Source of the DNA: a virus
Direction: 5' to 3' (one strand)
Length of the DNA stretch: 64,000 nt
IMG/VR virus record: IMGVR_UViG_3300025517_000001
Location: 1-64,000 of that record
How positions within the stretch are numbered: the first letter of the stretch is position 1; every line of letters starts with the position of its first letter. Of the stretch, positions 34,401 to 43,755 are shown piece after piece. Under the pieces are notes generated by a model. That model did not search any database, had not been told where the DNA came from, and was given only the letters and a program-made list of their open reading frames with translations. Both the position numbers and the translations under genes were made by a program.

Positions 34401-34997
34401 TTATTCCACGACGATCTCGGTTACGGCATTTACTTCGTTCAGCGTACCGTCCAGTTCAGTCATAAACTCCACGAGGAATTTATTGACCCCATCCATACGC
34501 TCTCGCGGGACCAGATACAGAACCTCAGCAGTAAGTGCCTTGATTGCGGATTCATCCAAATCTTTCACTTTATTGTTAATAGTCTCATTGTGTGAACGAA
34601 CTTCGTTTTCCGCCTTCTGTACCGCCCGACCATATTGGCTATTCAATGCCTGCACATATGGTTGAATGTCGCGACGATAGATCAGGGCCTCTTGAATCGT
34701 CATTGTCTTACCGCCGACAGTGATATACGTGTTCATGTTAGCCTTATCAATGGCGGTTTTAATCTTCGTAAACTCTTTAATCAGATCATCGAACTGCTGA
34801 TAAAGAGAGTTTACAGCTTCAATTGCTTGGTTGTGGTTGCGATTCAACGGCACCTTTTGGTCACCAAGCGGGTGGCGCGATGCACTAGAGATAGCCCCGT
34901 AGACGCCGATTTGATTTGCAATGTTGCTAAGTTGTGCCTTGATAGTTTTCAGACGAGTCAGACCGCGTGCGATAGTCATTTTACGTTGTTCACTCAT
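34401..34997 (-). CDS. hypothetical helical protein (198 aa); possibly DIP1984/septicolysin-like (tentative, from memory)
   Basis: ATG behind AAGGGGGA; segments GGKTMTIQEALIYRRD and a C-terminal LDGTLNEVNAVTEI. Confidence 0.65.
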   Translation of the reverse strand: MSEQRKMTIARGLTRLKTIKAQLSNIANQIGVYGAISSASRHPLGDQKVPLNRNHNQAIEAVNSLYQQFDDLIKEFTKIKTAIDKANMNTYITVGGKTMTIQEALIYRRDIQPYVQALNSQYGRAVQKAENEVRSHNETINNKVKDLDESAIKALTAEVLYLVPRERMDGVNKFLVEFMTELDGTLNEVNAVTEIVVE

Positions 34998-35345
34998 TAC
35001 TAAATTCCCCCTTAGTTATGTATGGCCGCCCTAACCCATCCACTCAAGCGACCTGAACGTCACCATACTAGACGTTTTCCCTTATGTTCCGAGGGCGTCC
35101 CCTCGGCCGGAGACCGGTTCTCCTGTTTTCTGTGGGCCTCACCCCATATCCCACATGCCGCGCCCTTTGCTACGTCATCCTTCCTTATGCGGCTTTCCTA
35201 ATCGAATGGTAAACGCTCCCCTTGCCCTCCACATAGGAGCATCTGCCGTACCTCCCTAAAGACGCATGTTGTGTACGGCTCCCTCTATAACCGGACAGGG
35301 CGGTGAACACAAAGGAGTAGATGAGTTTAACAAAGTATTACCCTG
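34998..35345 (-). promoter_or_regulatory. long G-rich structured 5' leader (unclassified cis-regulatory RNA candidate)
   Basis: ~350 nt without an ORF; many GC helices on the minus-strand RNA, e.g. CCGAGGG-GACG-CCCTCGG, GCCGTAC...GTACGGC, GGCAGGG...CCCTGTC. Confidence 0.4.
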
Positions 35346-35351
35346 CCTCAC

Positions 35352-35380
35352 ACCATATCGTGTAGGCGACGAGCGTTCAA
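35352..35380 (-). promoter_or_regulatory. possible sigma-A promoter for the structured leader
   Basis: TTGAAC (35375-35380) - 17 nt - TATGGT (35352-35357). Confidence 0.3.
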
Positions 35381-35511
35381 AATATACATTTGATTTTAAT
35401 TTTTTTTCTTACCTCCTTTTTAGTTTTAGTCTATAAGGTTGTAAGGATGTGCGTACAATTTTTGGTTAGTAGTTTCCAATCATCTCCTTATAATGTGGTC
35501 GGGGTGAACCT

Positions 35512-35724
35512 ATGAATTGTGCATGTGGGCGGTACTTAACACAGCAATCTCGTGTTATCGCCAAACTCTACGGGCTAGATGGCTCACAGTGCCTTTTCTG
35601 CATGTCCGAAACCTTGGATATACCATATCAGGAATTGCTAGACAGGTATCAAGGTATAGAAGACTGCCGGGAATGCTCCAGAAAGCGTAAGCGAGAGGAA
35701 ATGAGAAGACTTCTAAGGGGATGA
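35512..35724 (+). CDS. small zinc-ribbon protein (70 aa), paralogue of 36490..36750
   Basis: CACG...CLFC...CRECS; segment LYGLDGSQCLFCMSE resembles KEGLQGEPICLYCLAE in the second copy. Confidence 0.6.
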   Translation: MNCACGRYLTQQSRVIAKLYGLDGSQCLFCMSETLDIPYQELLDRYQGIEDCRECSRKRKREEMRRLLRG

Positions 35725-35728
35725 TTAG

Positions 35729-36490
35729 ATGAAGTATCTTCAATCGGGGTATACAGGTAACGCTAAGGTGCTGAACGTGCTGTTGCTGAATGACTTGCAC
35801 GTTGGTTCCGAAGCCGCCGACCTCGGTCTGTTAAAACGGTGCATCAAATTCGCTGAGAACAATAGAGAAAATACTCGTATTCTTCTGAATGGCGACCTGA
35901 TCGAAGGCGTGACCAAACTCAGCAAAGGCGACATCTATACTCAGCGAATGACCCCGAAGGAGCAGATTGATTACGTTGTAGACTTGCTTGAACCAGTCAA
36001 AGACCTGATCGACGGGGTAACAGAAGGAAACCACGACTATCGCATTATGCGTGAGACTTCTATTGATGTGGTAGAGATGATCTGCCGATACCTCGGCATT
36101 AAGGATAAATACCTTGGTATCCGTGGAATCGTTGGCTTCTCGTGGAACAAATGCTTCTACTCTGTGGATATGCACCACGGAACAGGTGGAGGAAGTACTG
36201 TTGCGGCAGTAGAGAATAACATGAAGAAGCTGTGGAAATCAGATACGGATGTTATGTACTGTGGGCACTGGCATAAAGAATTTGCCAAACCTATCAAGCG
36301 ATTTGCAGTTGACCCGTACAACAAAATCGTCCGAGAAGAGAAACGTTGGTTGGTATGTGGTAATACGATTGTAAACACTGCTGAATACGCGGCAAGGGGC
36401 GGATATGAAGAGGGATTCCCCTCCCAAGCAGTGCTGAAACTGAGCGGCAAGAAACACAACAAGGGCATCGAGGTAGAGTGGATTAGATAA
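35729..36490 (+). CDS. calcineurin-like metallophosphoesterase
   Basis: motifs LNDLHVGS, GDLIEG, GNHD, GHWH in canonical order. Confidence 0.75.
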   Translation: MKYLQSGYTGNAKVLNVLLLNDLHVGSEAADLGLLKRCIKFAENNRENTRILLNGDLIEGVTKLSKGDIYTQRMTPKEQIDYVVDLLEPVKDLIDGVTEGNHDYRIMRETSIDVVEMICRYLGIKDKYLGIRGIVGFSWNKCFYSVDMHHGTGGGSTVAAVENNMKKLWKSDTDVMYCGHWHKEFAKPIKRFAVDPYNKIVREEKRWLVCGNTIVNTAEYAARGGYEEGFPSQAVLKLSGKKHNKGIEVEWIR

Positions 36491-36750
36491 TGCTACCTGT
36501 CAAGAAGTGCCCCGCCTGTAATCTAAGGTACGTGACTTCCAAAGCACGATACTTCTTCAAGAAGGAAGGGCTACAAGGAGAGCCTATCTGCCTGTACTGC
36601 CTTGCTGAAAAGACGGGTAAGGCAATAGGCTCACTTGGTTTATTGGAAGACGGACCTTCTTCTCAGACTCCCGCCGCCGTGGATACAGCGCAGATGAGGA
36701 AGTCAGTACAAGGTTGCCGCCCTTGTGCTCAGAGAAGGAGGTCGTTCTAG
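36490..36750 (+). CDS. small zinc-ribbon protein (86 aa), paralogue of 35512..35724
   Basis: CPAC...CLYC; TAATG coupling to the phosphoesterase gene. Confidence 0.55.
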   Translation: MLPVKKCPACNLRYVTSKARYFFKKEGLQGEPICLYCLAEKTGKAIGSLGLLEDGPSSQTPAAVDTAQMRKSVQGCRPCAQRRRSF

Positions 36751-37806
36751 TTGGATTACAGCAGGTACATCGACCCCTTTTTTCTATCTAAGATTACGTA
36801 TATTGACGCTGACGGCAAGCGAAGGGTAAAGAACCCTTACCGAAACCGTAAGTCATACGACATCATTGTCCCTAGCGTAAACGATGACGGGAACTTTGTG
36901 TTCCTCGTACCTGAGAGTGTAGTGGGTAAGTCGGTGTTCGTGGAGTTCCCCGGTAACACTCGCTATCAGTTTGTTGTCAACCCACAGACGAATGAAGTGA
37001 CTGTTATCGGTATCCCGCCGCTTACTTATATTGAAGTAGTCGTGGTTAATCCTCAGCCTTTGCCGCCCTCTCCCGATGACCTTTATTGGGATGAGCTAGG
37101 GTACGATGCTCAGAAATCCATTGTGGCGGCGTGGGGAAACATCGAACTCGTCTGTAATGTACTTTATCCGGCCACGGCGGAGTCCGAATTAGGATTTGAC
37201 GAGCATAACACAATTAAGTATCAACTCGTCGGGTGGAGAAACAACTGCGGAAACGAGAAGGGAACGAGCTTCACCAAGATCAACGCCCCGAAGAATGGTA
37301 TCTACTTTCCGCCACCTCCGCCACCTCCTCCAGACCCACCAACCGACCCTGAGATTGACCATGATTACGACCTCAAGTTTGTATTGCGGTGGGAAAACAG
37401 TACAAACACAGACTTGGACTTCCATGCGTATCTTGACCACACCTATGATAAGAGGGTTTGGTACGGAGGGAAGACCTACGGAACGGAACCGAACAAGATG
37501 TGGCTCGACTACGACTATACAATGCACAATGACACCGGTAGAGAAACACAGCCGGAGATCATCACAGTTATGGGCTATAAGAACTCTACTATCTCCTTGC
37601 AAATCAATAACTTCAACCGAGGTGTCCTCAAGGAGGAGGTAACCGTAGAGATATTCGATGCGAGCCAAAAGCTTTTGAAAAAGTACACGATTCCGTATTA
37701 CGCATTGTCAGGGGAGAAGAAATACTGGGTCTGTGACGTTGATCTGGCCACTAAAGCCATTACCGACAAGCTGAAGGAGATACCTTCAATGGGGACATTT
37801 AACTAA
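36751..37806 (+). CDS. hypothetical protein with central poly-proline tract (351 aa)
   Basis: TTG behind GAAGGAGG + 9 nt; tract YFPPPPPPPPDPPTDPE; C-terminal segment DLKFVLRWENSTNTDLDFH. Confidence 0.65.
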   Translation: MDYSRYIDPFFLSKITYIDADGKRRVKNPYRNRKSYDIIVPSVNDDGNFVFLVPESVVGKSVFVEFPGNTRYQFVVNPQTNEVTVIGIPPLTYIEVVVVNPQPLPPSPDDLYWDELGYDAQKSIVAAWGNIELVCNVLYPATAESELGFDEHNTIKYQLVGWRNNCGNEKGTSFTKINAPKNGIYFPPPPPPPPDPPTDPEIDHDYDLKFVLRWENSTNTDLDFHAYLDHTYDKRVWYGGKTYGTEPNKMWLDYDYTMHNDTGRETQPEIITVMGYKNSTISLQINNFNRGVLKEEVTVEIFDASQKLLKKYTIPYYALSGEKKYWVCDVDLATKAITDKLKEIPSMGTFN

Positions 37807-37820
37807 GGCGGTGAGACCAA

Positions 37821-40223
37821 TTGCCGAGTGCTAACCGAACGCTTAGAGGTAATAAACGGAGGGCTGTACACGACAGGCTCATCGTTCCTAAGAACGGTTT
37901 CCAACTGCCTGCCGACCCTCCAAGACCTATCATCGAAGACCTACCAGATAAACCAGTAGGTCAGCGATGCACAATCACTCACGTAATAATCTATGAGATG
38001 TATGTTACCTATGAGGGTAAGCCTGCTAGGAAAATCCACCGAATCAAGTTCTCTGATATTGTAGGTAACCCGGTCACGGAAGAGAAACTTGAGCAGGGGT
38101 ATGATCTGGTTACTCAGCAGGGCGAGACGATCACTGTTAAGTGGCATCACAATGACGGTAACTGGGCACGCTCCGCCCTGATTCTACACAATAAGAAAGC
38201 TGCAAAGACTTCCTATTACGAACCTAACTGGGGTAACGTCTATGGTGTAGGTCTTGAGTGGATTTCCTGTGACGGTACTCAAAGCGGTACTATCTGGGCC
38301 AATCGGCATTTAGGTAACACAAGTTCGACGGTAAACAGTGATGGTACCATCACCATAAATATTAACTACTTCTCTAGTAACGCTGAGCCTGACTATGCCC
38401 CTACAGCAGTTCGTGGTGGGCTGATGTTAGGAAACCCAGAGCCTTATCGTACCATGTGGCTAATGGGACAAGAGCTACCAATACGTGTATTCCCCGCCCT
38501 TGGGGAGATAGGTAGAGGTTGCATGTTTGGGTTCAATCCAAACGTTATGAACTTTGTGAAAGTTGCTCCTGCTCTACCTACTTGGTTAAGACTGACCGGA
38601 CAAGGTACAGCCCGTGGGGATGCTATCGGTATTAGTTGGGCTAAAGATGAGTTCCATACTTTGCCGGTCCGCCCGGCCATTGAAGTCGAAATGTCTCCTG
38701 TTGTCGATAGGGTGAATTTCCCGAACGCTCAGGAGATCAATGGACTCTACGTCTTCCCTATGCGTGTCGGGAAATACAGGACTGGTAATGTATCAGGCTC
38801 TACTATATTCTTCCACCACAGAACTGAAGGTGAGTGTATAGTCAGAATTTATCTACTTGAGACCGACGACCAAGGTAACCCTCAATATACCCTAATGAAG
38901 AAGCAGTATCATTACTATTGGGGACCTACTGGTAACTCTTGTCCAGTACTTGAGGAAGAGTATACAGGAACCTTGCCATATCCAGAAAAGCCTATGGATA
39001 CTTGCGCGGGAGTGGAGCCGCCAAGTGATGTACCGGACTACAGCGGAACTATTACCGATTTGGGGTACTTCTGCAACAACTCCATCGACCCCGACTCGAT
39101 TGACCAGTACTACTGGAATCTACCTAGTCTAGGCGTTCCAGAGAACTTCTGGGAAGGGTTCAACTACATCCACAAAAACTTGTGGGGAGACAATGAATTT
39201 TACATCAACACGGGGGACAAGTTCTACCCGTACCTATGGTTACTGGTCACGTCTTCTATGTCAGGAGATGTGGATGTACCGGAATTGGCCAAGGATTGGC
39301 AAGAATTTAAGTCTTGGGCGGCCTCTGCCGAATCTGGTATTAGCTGTCTAAACGACTTCCAAAAGGCTATGGTATACATGTCCAACAATCTGGGGTTGCC
39401 TGTGCTGTTCTATAACAGGACTGGAGTGGATAGGTACCTGCAAGGTAACATACTGGACTTGATGGCCAGATACATCAACGAGACTAAGCCGTTCGCGTAT
39501 GAGTATCTGACATTTAACCAGTCCCATACAGACCCGAGCGTAGGAGCGTACAACTTCGACCCGTCCTATTACTACCGTCAACAGAACCCAGAGTGGGACA
39601 ACTACAAGTCCTTTATCAACATTGAGCCTGAAGGTATGGATTTCGGGGATGAGAATTTCCGATTGGGTTCTCAGATCGTGAAGTCTATGGGTATTTGGTT
39701 GACAGACCCCGCCCATCCGACAGATTACATCATTACACAGTCTGGGTTCACATCACCGGACATTCATCCAACGAATCCAATCCACAGGTACCAGTACGAC
39801 TGGTGGACAGGCTCACTGCTACAGGATTATAATGACAACTTCAAAGCATACGTGGCGGCTCAAATAGCAGTACACGAGATGGGTCATGCTATTGACTTCT
39901 TCGTGATTCCGTACAACAACGGTAAGCCTCTCAGTGATTCCGCTGAATGGTGCGACATCAGTGGGTTCGATAGAACGAGACCATACGACACCAGTGTCCC
40001 AGAGATCACTAAGTCCAATCCGGGCAATATAGCAGACAACGGAAAACTTGCACCTGTGTCTCCATACGGTACTACCCACCGATTTGAGGACTTTGCAGAG
40101 ACTTTCCGTATGTACGTGTTCCGCCCAGACATTCTGCGGAAGTACTGGAGAGCGAAGTACGACTTCATGGAGACGTACGTGAAGCCTATGACTATGGAGA
40201 ACGTGCCACTACCTGCCAACTAG
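37821..40223 (+). CDS. 800-aa protein with C-terminal anthrax-LF/PPEP-like (M34-type) zinc metallopeptidase domain
   Basis: HEMGHAIDFF (HExxH) followed ~60 aa later by SPYGTTHRFEDFAETFRMY, matching the LF pattern YGRTNEAEFFAEAFRLM. Confidence 0.7.
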   Translation: MPSANRTLRGNKRRAVHDRLIVPKNGFQLPADPPRPIIEDLPDKPVGQRCTITHVIIYEMYVTYEGKPARKIHRIKFSDIVGNPVTEEKLEQGYDLVTQQGETITVKWHHNDGNWARSALILHNKKAAKTSYYEPNWGNVYGVGLEWISCDGTQSGTIWANRHLGNTSSTVNSDGTITININYFSSNAEPDYAPTAVRGGLMLGNPEPYRTMWLMGQELPIRVFPALGEIGRGCMFGFNPNVMNFVKVAPALPTWLRLTGQGTARGDAIGISWAKDEFHTLPVRPAIEVEMSPVVDRVNFPNAQEINGLYVFPMRVGKYRTGNVSGSTIFFHHRTEGECIVRIYLLETDDQGNPQYTLMKKQYHYYWGPTGNSCPVLEEEYTGTLPYPEKPMDTCAGVEPPSDVPDYSGTITDLGYFCNNSIDPDSIDQYYWNLPSLGVPENFWEGFNYIHKNLWGDNEFYINTGDKFYPYLWLLVTSSMSGDVDVPELAKDWQEFKSWAASAESGISCLNDFQKAMVYMSNNLGLPVLFYNRTGVDRYLQGNILDLMARYINETKPFAYEYLTFNQSHTDPSVGAYNFDPSYYYRQQNPEWDNYKSFINIEPEGMDFGDENFRLGSQIVKSMGIWLTDPAHPTDYIITQSGFTSPDIHPTNPIHRYQYDWWTGSLLQDYNDNFKAYVAAQIAVHEMGHAIDFFVIPYNNGKPLSDSAEWCDISGFDRTRPYDTSVPEITKSNPGNIADNGKLAPVSPYGTTHRFEDFAETFRMYVFRPDILRKYWRAKYDFMETYVKPMTMENVPLPAN

Positions 40224-40235
40224 GAGGTTAATCCT

Positions 40236-40535
40236 ATGATACTAAAGGTTGAAGGTGGCGGTCAATCCGTCACCGTTGACAATACAAACTGCAAGGTAGG
40301 GGAAGTGAAGATTCTGGCTGATGCAAACAGCCAGAGTCTCCACAACTTCCTGCATTATCACATCAATTGTGACTACCAGTTATTCAAGGAGATGTACGCA
40401 GAGGAGAATGAAGACCTGCGCGTGTTTCAGGATGGGCGGTGGGTTTTAAACAAAGCAAGCGACGACTATATCAGAAAGCACATCATCCCTCTGTGCGAAG
40501 AATACGGACTAACCGTAAAGGAGGTAAAAGCATGA
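40236..40535 (+). CDS. hypothetical protein (99 aa)
   Basis: ATG behind AGGAGG. Confidence 0.6.
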   Translation: MILKVEGGGQSVTVDNTNCKVGEVKILADANSQSLHNFLHYHINCDYQLFKEMYAEENEDLRVFQDGRWVLNKASDDYIRKHIIPLCEEYGLTVKEVKA

Positions 40536-40678
40536 AGACAGAGCGCATCTATCTACGGACTACGTCAGAAGACAAAAAATTTCTGCAAAAGATTGCAGAG
40601 GATAAGTACGAGGGTAATCTGTCCGCACTCTTCAATGACATGATTCAAAAACTAAGGGAACAGGAAGGTGAAGAGTAA
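40533..40678 (+). CDS. small ribbon-helix-helix-like protein (48 aa)
   Basis: ATG 40533 behind AAGGAGG (ATGA overlap); N-terminus RIYLRTTSEDKKFLQKIAE is typical of a beta-strand+helix RHH. Confidence 0.5.
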
Positions 40679-41271
40679 TGGAACTTCGTAAACGCGGACA
40701 ACAAAGTAAGATCGAGAAGTACGGTCTCGTCGAACATGCTCTTAACCTTCTGAAAGTCACACCGAAGCTGACATATCAGCAAATCTGTGAAGAGCTTAAC
40801 ACCATCGGCAACGTGCCGGAAGAAGATCGAATCACTCCAGACAACCTCACTCACTTTGTTCGTAACTATCCTGATGTCCGCCGCGAGGTTATGTTGGCCA
40901 ACCGCAGTTACATGCGCAAACTCGTGTTTGAGAGTGCAGAGTTTGATATGCTCGGCCATCTGAAAGAGATGGCGGCGAGAACAATGTCAATGATCGAGAT
41001 TATGGAGGAAATGTCTCTACAGGAAGGCAAGCTACCCAAGGCTTCTGACTACAAAGCACTAAACTCTGAGTTGCGTGAGACCCTGAAACAGATCGAGGGT
41101 ATCCACAAAGAGATTTACCAGATGGAAGTCGTTCGTGAGTTCCTTATGGAGGTAGTAAAAACACTGAAGGAGGTTTCACCAGAAGCCCTATCTGCCTTCA
41201 TTGCAAAAATGAAAGGCAAACGCGAGAACTCGCACATCGTTAGCGAACTGCTTCAAGGGGGACTGAAATAA
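40678..41271 (+). CDS. putative terminase small subunit
   Basis: N-terminal HTH-like segment LTYQQICEELN followed by coiled coil; position upstream of the large terminase. Confidence 0.4.
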   Translation: MELRKRGQQSKIEKYGLVEHALNLLKVTPKLTYQQICEELNTIGNVPEEDRITPDNLTHFVRNYPDVRREVMLANRSYMRKLVFESAEFDMLGHLKEMAARTMSMIEIMEEMSLQEGKLPKASDYKALNSELRETLKQIEGIHKEIYQMEVVREFLMEVVKTLKEVSPEALSAFIAKMKGKRENSHIVSELLQGGLK

Positions 41272-42068
41272 TGTCTAAATCTGCGGCAAAAATCTATGCG
41301 TATGTGGGGACAATGGGTGCAGGGAAGACCAAGAAACTTGTCTCCCTTTATAACAAATTTATCAGTGAAGGTAAGAACGTAGCAGTATTCAAGCACGTTA
41401 ACGATGTACAACGGGGCGGGCATGTGGATGCTGTGGTTGCTCGTAACGGAGACGCCGCCCCGGCCACGGCTATCGAGTCTCTATGCGAAATCCTAGGAAC
41501 TGTCTTGAGTGGAGAGTTAGATGCTGTACTGATTGATGAAATCCAATTCTTCGACGATGAGGATACACTTCTGACCATTGAGTTGGCGGCAAGCCTCGGC
41601 ACTGATGTCCATGTATTCGGTCTTGATATTACATCTGACATGGAGACATTTGGTCCTATGGGTGACATCCTAGCTCTTGCGGATGAAGTCAAGAAGCTAA
41701 AAGCTAAGTGTCACATCTGCGGGAGACCCGCCCGCATAAGCGCTTACGTCGGTACAGAAGAGAAAGAAGGGGTGGTAAAAGTAGGGGACATCGGTGACTA
41801 CCAACCTACTTGCCGTGACTGCTTCCACTTTAGCGGTAAGTTCTCCAATAAATTTACTAGTCCTGTAAATCCGACTGAAGAGACCGGAGAACTTGTATAT
41901 GAAGATGACGAGTTTTACGAATTAACGTTCGATTTTGAGGACTTAGGGGCAGAGATCGGTGTGTACAAGTCCAGTCTTGAACAGGCGGGGTACACATATG
42001 AGGACGTTAAAGACATTAACTCCTCAGAAGGACTCACAAACCTACTGAAAGACTTGGGATACATCTAA
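41271..42068 (+). CDS. tdk: thymidine kinase with acidic C-terminal extension
   Basis: P-loop GTMGAGKTKKL, Walker B VLIDEIQFF, zinc cysteines CHICG...CRDC. Confidence 0.8.
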   Translation: MSKSAAKIYAYVGTMGAGKTKKLVSLYNKFISEGKNVAVFKHVNDVQRGGHVDAVVARNGDAAPATAIESLCEILGTVLSGELDAVLIDEIQFFDDEDTLLTIELAASLGTDVHVFGLDITSDMETFGPMGDILALADEVKKLKAKCHICGRPARISAYVGTEEKEGVVKVGDIGDYQPTCRDCFHFSGKFSNKFTSPVNPTEETGELVYEDDEFYELTFDFEDLGAEIGVYKSSLEQAGYTYEDVKDINSSEGLTNLLKDLGYI

Positions 42069-42078
42069 GGGTGATATT

Positions 42079-43749
42079 ATGAACAACAGCTTACTTGACA
42101 GTCTATTTGAAGATGTTATTACTATGGCAGAGTCTGAAAACAATTCCTTGGGGCTTTGGCGAGAGAAGCCCCTCGGTCTTGTTGACTTCTTTACTGAGAT
42201 GCTAGGGGAGAAGCCGTTCCCCGGCAAGCAGACGGAGTTGCTTGAAATTGTCGAGCAAATTTTGGATAAAGATAACCTCCCTGAAGGTCATAAGTTGAAG
42301 CAGGTAACAGAGGTTGCGGCTATGTGGGGAAAAGGTTCAGGAAAAGACTTTATCATCTCCGGTATCGTAGCATACATCCCATACCGTCTGAACTGTATGA
42401 ACAACCCACAAGAGTACTTCGGGTTCGGTAAAGGGGAGCCTATCGACATCATCAACTTGGCTAAGAACGCTAAACAAGCCGAGAACGTATTCTTCACCAA
42501 GCTAAAGGCTCGTCTTGCGTCCTGTAAGTGGTTTAAGAAGGTTGACCGCCCTCCGGTTGCTTACAATGAGTATCAAGAGAAAAAGGACACCATTGTGTTC
42601 TATAACAACATACGAGCGTTCTCCGGTCACTCTGAAGCAGGTTCATTCGAGGGGTTTAACCCATTGGTTGCCATCTTCGACGAGGTAGGGGACTTTGAAC
42701 GCAACTTGGCAGAGTTCTGTTATGACACGCTACGTTCTTCTGCAATGTCCCGTTTTGGTAAGCGCGCTCTCTTGTTGTTCATTAGCTTCCCAAGGTCAGC
42801 TAGTGATTTCATGGTATACAAGTACAATCAAGGTCAGGACGATAACGAACCAGAGGTCGTCTCGTCCCGTGGTGCTTCATGGGAAGTGAATTTGAACATT
42901 AAGCGAGAAGACCTTGAGATGGACTACAAAAAAGACCCGGAAGGCGCGAAAATGAGGTTTGAGTGCATCCCACCTGCTCAAAAGGGAGGATTCTTCCAGT
43001 ACCCTGAACGTATTGATGACTGCGTTAAAGCAGGCAAGCAGAATCCTTGTGTGCTAGAGGAAATCACCATTACCAACCTTCTTGATAATGGGGAAGAACG
43101 TCACTTTGTAGGTTACGATGTTGCTCTATTCAAGGAGACATTAGAACTCGATACAACCAAGACGTACTACCTCGGTCTTGACGGCGGTATTACAAGCGAC
43201 TCCTACACCTTGAGTCTGTTCCATGCAGAGACATTCTACGAGGAAGTTGTTGAGGGAGGAGACGCTGTAGAGAAGGCTCGTAATAAGCCCGTAGAAGACC
43301 TTCTGATAGAGTGGAAGCCTGACACGGTATATAAGATACCTGTAAGCGTACAGAACGTCATAGACATCGTAGAAGCCATCTGCGAGCGTGTTTACGTCAA
43401 GGCGGCTCTGATGGACAAATTCAACTCTGGTGCTATGGTACAAAAACTCATGGAATTAGGGGTGGAAGCAGAAGACAAGGTGTTCTCCAACCCGTTCCAA
43501 TTGGTTATCTACACTAACTTCAAAAACCTTGCCTACACAGGTCATCTGGAACTACTAGATGACGAAAAGGCGAATGAAGACATGAAACACATCCTGTTAG
43601 TGAATGGGAATAAAATCGACCATGATAAGGGTCGCTCGAAGGATACTTGTGACGCACGTACCGCCGCCGTGTACCTCTGCTCCAATGATGACCCAGTAGA
43701 AGAGTCAAATTGGAGTATACCAACGATAGCAGGGGCGGTAAGGAGATAG
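42079..43749 (+). CDS. terL: terminase large subunit
   Basis: Walker A WGKGSGKDF, Walker B VAIFDEVGD; size and position ahead of the portal. Confidence 0.8.
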   Translation: MNNSLLDSLFEDVITMAESENNSLGLWREKPLGLVDFFTEMLGEKPFPGKQTELLEIVEQILDKDNLPEGHKLKQVTEVAAMWGKGSGKDFIISGIVAYIPYRLNCMNNPQEYFGFGKGEPIDIINLAKNAKQAENVFFTKLKARLASCKWFKKVDRPPVAYNEYQEKKDTIVFYNNIRAFSGHSEAGSFEGFNPLVAIFDEVGDFERNLAEFCYDTLRSSAMSRFGKRALLLFISFPRSASDFMVYKYNQGQDDNEPEVVSSRGASWEVNLNIKREDLEMDYKKDPEGAKMRFECIPPAQKGGFFQYPERIDDCVKAGKQNPCVLEEITITNLLDNGEERHFVGYDVALFKETLELDTTKTYYLGLDGGITSDSYTLSLFHAETFYEEVVEGGDAVEKARNKPVEDLLIEWKPDTVYKIPVSVQNVIDIVEAICERVYVKAALMDKFNSGAMVQKLMELGVEAEDKVFSNPFQLVIYTNFKNLAYTGHLELLDDEKANEDMKHILLVNGNKIDHDKGRSKDTCDARTAAVYLCSNDDPVEESNWSIPTIAGAVRR

Positions 43750-43755
43750 GGTGCA

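Noticed and set aside
35090-35160. M-box-like fragments (GGUGAGGC, ACAGAAA, CAUAAGG) in the structured leader
   Set aside because: Their order and spacing do not match the M-box architecture as I remember it. The region is left unclassified.
35250-35290. GAGCCGTAC...GTACGGC, considered as group II intron domain 5
   Set aside because: It has a 7-bp stem with a 21-nt loop. It lacks the 14-bp bulged helix and GNRA tetraloop of D5, and there are no flanking exons or reverse transcriptase.
37305-37345. CCGCCACCTCC-type DNA repeat
   Set aside because: It is simply the coding sequence of the poly-proline tract, not an independent DNA repeat element.
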